57,922 nucleotides of DNA from a virus. Lineage: Duplodnaviria; Caudoviricetes. A program made the position numbers and the translations under genes. Below, in pieces: positions 52,958-57,922 of this stretch. The notes beneath the pieces are model-generated. The model did no database searches. It saw only the letters and a program-made list of their open reading frames with translations, and was not told the DNA's origin. The stretch is from IMG/VR virus record IMGVR_UViG_3300029787_000044, positions 1 through 57,922 of that record; one strand, written 5' to 3'. Numbering within the stretch: position 1 is the first letter of the stretch; each line of letters starts with the position of its first letter.

Positions 52958-54822
52958 TCTTACAACAGCCAATTTTTACTCCTAAAAGCGATTGGTCAGT
53001 ACCTGATGTTTTTCCTCAGTTCTCTGAGACAGAAACAATAGCTATTGATTTAGAAACTTACGATCCGCATCTCATGACTTGCGGTCCTGGATGGGCTACA
53101 AGTCGTGGGCATGTTGTGGGCATAGGAATAGCTACTAAAGATTGGCAAGGTTATTTTCCTATACGTCATTTAGGCGGAGGAAATTTAGATGAAGGTTTAG
53201 TTATACGTTGGTTGACTAACACACTCGCTTCCGAAAAACGGGACGTGGTTTTTCACAATTCACTCTACGATGTAGGGTGGTTAAAAAGAGAAGGTGTTGA
53301 AGTTAAAGGCAGGATATTAGATACCATTGTTGCTGCTCCTCTTGTTAATGAAAATAGATATTCTTATTCTTTAGATAATCTAGGTGAGTTTTACTGCGAT
53401 GAAAAGAAAGATGAGTCTTTGTTACAAGATGCAGCTTTATCTTTTGGAGTTAATCCTAAATCAGAGATGTATAAACTACATTCTAAATATGTTGGACCTT
53501 ATGGTGAGCAAGACGCAGCCTTGACTTTAAAACTTTGGGATAAGTTAAAAGTAGAGATTGCTGAGCAAAACTTAGAACAGATATTAGATATGGAGTGTAG
53601 GCTTATACCTTTGTTATTAGAAATGCGTTGGAGAGGAGTTAGGGTAGATGAAGAAAAAGCAGATACCATAAGCAAACAACTCTCTATGCAAGAGCAAAAG
53701 ATATTGGTGGAGATTAAAAGACAGTATGGTGCTGAAGTAAATCTTTGGGCTAATGCTTCTTTACAGGCTATTTTTGAAAAGAATAAAATCTGGTATCCTA
53801 GAACAGCAAAAGGTATGGCAAGTTTTCAAAAAGAATGGCTAGAAGGACATGAGCATGAATTACCTCAACTTATTGTTAAAGCACGAAAGCTAAATAAAGC
53901 TAGAACGACTTTTATTGATAAGATGATTAAAGACCATTGTTTTAATGGTAGAATACACGCGGAAGCTCATGCTATGCGTAACGATCGTGGTGGCACAGTT
54001 AGTGGCAGGTTCAGTTATAGTAACCCTAATCTACAACAAGTCCCTGCACGCGACCCAGAAATAGGTAATTTGATACGATCTTTATTTATTCCTGAAGAAG
54101 GGTGTCAGTGGGGTGTTTTTGATTATTCACAACAAGAACCTAGACTTACCGTGCATTATGCTGATCAGATGAATTTAAACGGTGCTAAGAATGCAGTTTC
54201 TCAATATAGAGACGATAATGCAGACTTTCACCAAATAGTCGCAGACATGGCTAAAATACCACGTAAACAAGCTAAAACAATTAATTTAGGATTAAGTTAT
54301 GGAATGGGTAAAGAAAAACTTATTAATGAATTAGGCATAGATGATATAGAAGCTGAGAAATTATTTCAGCAGTATCATGCTAACGTGCCTTTTATCCGAG
54401 CTCTACAAGATCAATGTGCAAGAGTAGCAATGGATAGAGGTTATATAAAAACATTTGCAGGTAGGCGTTGCCGTTTCGATCTATGGGAAAGTAGATATGA
54501 ACGCACTCTACCTTTACCTCTTGAAGAGGCAAGAGAAAAATACGGTGATAATTTAAAACGATCATATACTTACAAAGCTCTGAATCGTTTAATCCAAGGC
54601 TCAGCCGCTGACATGACAAAGTTAGCTATGTTGGGTTTATGGGAGGAAGGAATAGTTCCTCACCTACAAGTTCACGATGAAGTTGATATTTCAATAGAGA
54701 ACACTGAACAAGCTAATACAGTAGCCAACATAATGGAAAACTGTGTACAACTTGCAGTTCCCCTATTAGTGGACATGGAACTCGGAAGTTCATGGGGCGA
54801 AACAAAGGACATAAAAAGATGA
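52954..54822 (+). CDS. polA: DNA polymerase family A with 3'-5' exonuclease
   Basis: IDLET ExoI, FHN-x2-YD ExoII, SGRFS-x3-PNLQQ, DYSQQEPR motif A, R-x2-AKTINLGLSYG motif B, QVHDE motif C. Confidence 0.97.
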   Translation: MILQQPIFTPKSDWSVPDVFPQFSETETIAIDLETYDPHLMTCGPGWATSRGHVVGIGIATKDWQGYFPIRHLGGGNLDEGLVIRWLTNTLASEKRDVVFHNSLYDVGWLKREGVEVKGRILDTIVAAPLVNENRYSYSLDNLGEFYCDEKKDESLLQDAALSFGVNPKSEMYKLHSKYVGPYGEQDAALTLKLWDKLKVEIAEQNLEQILDMECRLIPLLLEMRWRGVRVDEEKADTISKQLSMQEQKILVEIKRQYGAEVNLWANASLQAIFEKNKIWYPRTAKGMASFQKEWLEGHEHELPQLIVKARKLNKARTTFIDKMIKDHCFNGRIHAEAHAMRNDRGGTVSGRFSYSNPNLQQVPARDPEIGNLIRSLFIPEEGCQWGVFDYSQQEPRLTVHYADQMNLNGAKNAVSQYRDDNADFHQIVADMAKIPRKQAKTINLGLSYGMGKEKLINELGIDDIEAEKLFQQYHANVPFIRALQDQCARVAMDRGYIKTFAGRRCRFDLWESRYERTLPLPLEEAREKYGDNLKRSYTYKALNRLIQGSAADMTKLAMLGLWEEGIVPHLQVHDEVDISIENTEQANTVANIMENCVQLAVPLLVDMELGSSWGETKDIKR

Positions 54823-55157
54823 AAGGTATTTCAGAAATAAAAGCAAAAGAAAATTCAGTTAAATATAGAACCATGTATGAACAGTGGTTAGAACAAAAAG
54901 TTACTTTAGAACAGCTTGGTAAAAAACACGACATAACTAAGCAACGTATGTGGCAAATAGTCACACGTTGTAAACTTGGGGAAGGTGATTATTATTATGG
55001 AGTGCAAATAGCTAGGAATAAATGGTCAGAATTTAAGTCACTCTACTCTGATGTTAACCAAACTCAACGAGCTTTTAATGAATGGTTAAAAGAAAAAGAC
55101 GTTAAATTAACAGCAAACAATCAAAAAGTTGCTCCGCATACAGGATGGGACTGGTAA
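54819..55157 (+). CDS. HTH protein (sigma70 region 4-like)
   Basis: TLEQLGKKHDITKQRMWQI resembles the TL-x-EIG-x4-T-x-ER-x-RQI HTH. Confidence 0.6.
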   Translation: MKGISEIKAKENSVKYRTMYEQWLEQKVTLEQLGKKHDITKQRMWQIVTRCKLGEGDYYYGVQIARNKWSEFKSLYSDVNQTQRAFNEWLKEKDVKLTANNQKVAPHTGWDW

Positions 55158-55289
55158 GCTATAAAATAGCCGATTTCCAAAAAATCGGTCTCCTCAGACG
55201 CCACAGGTTAAACGATCTAAGGTTAAGTAAGGGCTTAGCCTTAGAAGAACCTCTATTTAAAAGGATAATCTCTACTAAACCCCTAGTGC

Positions 55290-55318
55290 TTTACTTTGGC
55301 GTTTATCTCCTTTACCCT
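55290..55318 (+). promoter_or_regulatory. Promoter (GCTTTACTTT class), probably leaderless transcript
   Basis: TTTACT 55290-95, 17 bp, TACCCT 55313-18, ATG at 55325 with no RBS. Confidence 0.55.
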
Positions 55319-55324
55319 ATATAA

Positions 55325-55942
55325 ATGTCTAAAACTTACGAAATATCCAACTTTGAGTACACGAATTTAGAGCCGTGTGCTTTAGAAGAATGTAATAACC
55401 CAGTACAAGGTGCTAGAAACAAATACTGTAGCGAAAAATGCAGAACAACGTGGCATGGTAGAAATCAAAATAAACTCAATAAACAAGTTCATAAAAGAAT
55501 AGGCAGTGCTCCGAGAGCAATAGTGAGCGAAAGTTCTATAGACCGTTCTGAAAGTTTTGTATCAGGTAACGGAGCATATGTAATTGACGATTACGCAATA
55601 GATCCTGATGTTTTTGCAATAGCTGAACTTAACCACGAAATTGCAGTAGAGGCTAGAAATGAACATGAAGCAAGAGTAGTTATAGATGGATTAGCAGAAT
55701 TTACTAAAGTTTACAATAAAAATCATACAGAACCTTATGCTAATAAATATAGTAAGATAAATTATCAAAAAAGAAAAAATGATATAAATTTTATAGAAAA
55801 GAACAAAAAAAGCAGTAAGGCTTATTATCAAAGAAATAAAGAAAAATTAAAAGCAAAAAGAAAAGCAAAATATTTTTATATTAAACAACCTGATTTATAC
55901 AAACACGAAAAATGGCTAAAGAAAAAAATCTTTGGCTGTTAA
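55325..55942 (+). CDS. Zn-finger-containing hypothetical protein with basic C-terminus
   Basis: C-x4-C...YCSEKC; K/R/Y-rich helix (YYQRNKEKLKAKRK). Confidence 0.7.
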   Translation: MSKTYEISNFEYTNLEPCALEECNNPVQGARNKYCSEKCRTTWHGRNQNKLNKQVHKRIGSAPRAIVSESSIDRSESFVSGNGAYVIDDYAIDPDVFAIAELNHEIAVEARNEHEARVVIDGLAEFTKVYNKNHTEPYANKYSKINYQKRKNDINFIEKNKKSSKAYYQRNKEKLKAKRKAKYFYIKQPDLYKHEKWLKKKIFGC

Positions 55943-56301
55943 TGAGAACTAATCTACCTCAGATCCATTTACAAAGGATTGAAACAGGTATGACAGGAGC
56001 AGGTGTTCCTGATGTTAACGGCTGTGCTAAAGGCAAAGAGTTTTGGGTAGAGTTAAAAGAAATACATTCAGGTAATACACTTACTCTACGCCCCATGCAA
56101 ATTTCATGGTTAGCTAAACGAGCCTCACACGGCGGTCAAGTATTCGTTATGGCTAGGAAACAAGATGAGATCAAACTCTATCATATAGACAGTTTAACAG
56201 GCATACAGGATCTTGTAAAAACAGGATATAAATCTAAAGCCCTCGTTACTCTAACAATCCCTTACGATTGGGACGTTCTTGCTACTGCTTTACTTTCGTA
56301 A
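55912..56301 (+). CDS. PD-(D/E)xK nuclease (Holliday junction resolvase / VRR-NUC-like)
   Basis: E-x2-LW...RIE...GVPDV...FWVELK...L-x3-QISW. Confidence 0.8.
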   Translation: MAKEKNLWLLMRTNLPQIHLQRIETGMTGAGVPDVNGCAKGKEFWVELKEIHSGNTLTLRPMQISWLAKRASHGGQVFVMARKQDEIKLYHIDSLTGIQDLVKTGYKSKALVTLTIPYDWDVLATALLS

Positions 56302-56317
56302 CTTTGCTACCTATAAT
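56289..56317 (+). promoter_or_regulatory. Sigma70-type early promoter (GCTTTACTTT class)
   Basis: TTTACT 56289-94, 17 bp, TATAAT 56312-17. Confidence 0.8.
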
Positions 56318-56367
56318 GGTCTTAGTAGTAATAAGGCTACGACCATTATTTTAGAAAGGAGAAATAT

Positions 56368-57396
56368 ATGGCACATAAAATAGAAACAATGGCGTGGGCA
56401 GGTGAAAAACCTTGGCACGGATTAGGTGTTGAAGTTGACGCTAACCTTACCCCATTGCAAATGCAGGAGGCTGCACGGCTTGACTGGACAGTTAGTAAAC
56501 GTCCTAGTTATACGCTAGATGCCCCTGAGTGGAGCGACGATGTAGGTATAATCCAAGCGGAGAATACTTTTCACATCGTTCGTGATTCTGATAACCGAAT
56601 ACTATCGCATTGTGGTAAGGATTATATCCCTATTCAAAACGCGGACGTATTCAAATTCTTTAAACGCTTTACGGATGCTGGTCACATGACTATGGAAACC
56701 GCAGGTAGTTTAAAAGATGGTGGAGAAATTTGGGGTTTAGCTAAAATCTCAGAAGACTTCGAATTGGCGGGAGACGACCTTATAAAAGGTTATCTTCTTA
56801 TTAATCAACCCCACATCGTTGGTAAATCGATGACCATTAAGCTTACGCCTATAAGAGTTGTATGTAACAATACGCTTACGATGGCTTTACAGCAAGGTGG
56901 AACAGCATCTTTCCGTATGCCTCACGTTAGACAGTTCGGTGACGACGTTATAAAAATTGCAGAAGAAGCTTTAGGTTTATCTGCAACAGCTATGACTGAG
57001 TTTAGAAATAACGCTACTCTACTGTCTAAGACAAAAGCTAAGCACTCAGACGTGCTTGATTATGTCGGTGAAATATACCAACCTGCTATGATTGCAGAGT
57101 ACAGGCTACATGAACAGCTCAAAGCTGCAGGTAAAGCCGTAGGTATGCAAGAACCATTAAAAGATAAACTTAATAAGTTTCCTTCATTAGTGGTAGATGC
57201 TCTAGAACACAGTCCAGGTGCAAACTTGAAGTCTGCTAGAGGTACATGGTGGGGTGCATTAAATGCAGTAACCTATGTTGAAGACCATTTACGTGAGTCA
57301 CAAACAGCAGGTAATGCGTTACATAGTGCATGGTTCGGAGCAGCAGCAAACCGTAAAAGCAAAGCGTTAGAGCTTGCTTTATTGAGGGCTGCATAA
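56368..57396 (+). CDS. DUF932-family phage/plasmid protein
   Basis: MAH-x-IETMA...PWHGLG...LDW-x-V...Y-x-P-x-QN...ETAGSL-x2-G...TPIRVVCNNTL...GT-x-WG-x2-NAVT-x3-DH. Confidence 0.88.
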   Translation: MAHKIETMAWAGEKPWHGLGVEVDANLTPLQMQEAARLDWTVSKRPSYTLDAPEWSDDVGIIQAENTFHIVRDSDNRILSHCGKDYIPIQNADVFKFFKRFTDAGHMTMETAGSLKDGGEIWGLAKISEDFELAGDDLIKGYLLINQPHIVGKSMTIKLTPIRVVCNNTLTMALQQGGTASFRMPHVRQFGDDVIKIAEEALGLSATAMTEFRNNATLLSKTKAKHSDVLDYVGEIYQPAMIAEYRLHEQLKAAGKAVGMQEPLKDKLNKFPSLVVDALEHSPGANLKSARGTWWGALNAVTYVEDHLRESQTAGNALHSAWFGAAANRKSKALELALLRAA

Positions 57397-57626
57397 TGGC
57401 AAATCCTAAACAATACAAAATAGACGCTGATGTCTTAGGTATGGTTTGGGCGTCACTCTACGAGTCAGCTAACGATGAGTTGGCTCGTGTAGTGTCTGAA
57501 ACCATGATTGCACAAGGTTGTCAGGAGTTAGTGGGTGTTGATGACCCATCATTGATATTAATGTTTTGGAAAGATTATTTAGAAGAAAATGATTTAGTTT
57601 CTTTTAAAGATCCTGAAGTACATTAA
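57396..57626 (+). CDS. Small hypothetical protein
   Basis: Coupled (TAATG) to the DUF932 gene. Confidence 0.65.
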   Translation: MANPKQYKIDADVLGMVWASLYESANDELARVVSETMIAQGCQELVGVDDPSLILMFWKDYLEENDLVSFKDPEVH

Positions 57627-57657
57627 TGGTCTGCCTATGTGCTGTATGGCATACTGC

Positions 57658-57686
57658 TTTACTTTCGTAAAGTTCATAGGCATACT
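57658..57686 (+). promoter_or_regulatory. Sigma70-type early promoter (GCTTTACTTT class)
   Basis: TTTACT 57658-63, 17 bp, CATACT 57681-86; followed by a TCTACC-GCAA-GGTAGA hairpin and the AGAAAGGAGAAA RBS. Confidence 0.75.
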
Positions 57687-57741
57687 TGTATTTGGTTCTA
57701 CCGCAAGGTAGATTTTATTAATATAAAGAAAGGAGAAAGAT

Positions 57742-57922
57742 ATGCAAACAGCAACATCTACGCCCTCTAAAAAGAGAGCACCTATTGCAAGCACTAAAGT
57801 GACTGCAAAACCTTTAAGCAAGGCTAAAGTCAACGCTATACCAAGACCTATGAAAACAGGTAAAGGTGCAGCTAGAAAGCTTTACAAGTTCATAGGAACT
57901 TTGCCTGATGCTAAAGGCTTTA
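57742..57922 (+). CDS. Basic early protein, 3' truncated (not in ORF track)
   Basis: MQTATSTPSKKRAPIASTKVTAKPLSKAKVNAIPRPMKTGKGAARKLYKFIGTLPDAKGF... is open to the window end; same promoter and RBS as ORF 436. Confidence 0.75.
   Translation, partial: MQTATSTPSKKRAPIASTKVTAKPLSKAKVNAIPRPMKTGKGAARKLYKFIGTLPDAKGF

Noticed and set aside
1-57922. tRNA genes, integrase/att site, phage RNA polymerase, introns or inteins
   Set aside because: No cloverleaf with a T-loop consensus noticed in the short intergenic gaps, no recombinase or RNAP motifs, and terL, PolA and the helicases are uninterrupted and of normal length; judged by eye only.

Overview
The window is most of the genome of an AT-rich, tailed dsDNA phage, podovirus-like and probably aquatic, infecting a Gram-negative host (spanins, lipoproteins, CsgG). 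It begins inside a terminase small subunit gene and ends inside a small early gene, so it looks near-complete and circularly permuted. Gene order: terS and a repeat-rich putative genome-end region with small paralogous early genes (1-1.7 kb); spanins, an ART-like protein, terL, portal, GroES, scaffold and capsid (1.7-11.5 kb); neck/tail genes and a 1797-aa repeat tail fibre (11.6-24.3 kb); lysozyme, very basic peptides and a nuclease (24.3-26.3 kb); an accessory operon of two small membrane proteins, CsgF, CsgG, a curlin-like protein, a FecR-domain protein and a CHASE2 adenylate cyclase (26.3-31.6 kb); putative ejection/internal virion proteins (31.7-41.4 kb); and a replication/DNA-modification arm with SNF2 helicase, primase, AlkB-like dioxygenase, UvrD, DenV-like glycosylase, SAM methyltransferase, 5-hmdU DNA kinase-like protein, thymidylate synthase homologue, Nmad1-like protein, PolA, resolvase and DUF932 (41.4-57.9 kb). 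Best candidates for new biology: (i) the curli-pore/FecR/adenylate cyclase operon as a phage-encoded trans-envelope cAMP signalling device; (ii) a thymidine hypermodification cluster with a methyltransferase but no recognisable amino acid:DNA transferase; (iii) candidate structured RNA leaders, two recurrent promoter motifs and duplicated repeat cassettes. All protein calls come from motif recognition by eye; no searches were run. No tRNA, rRNA, CRISPR, integrase, RNA polymerase or reverse transcriptase was recognised.
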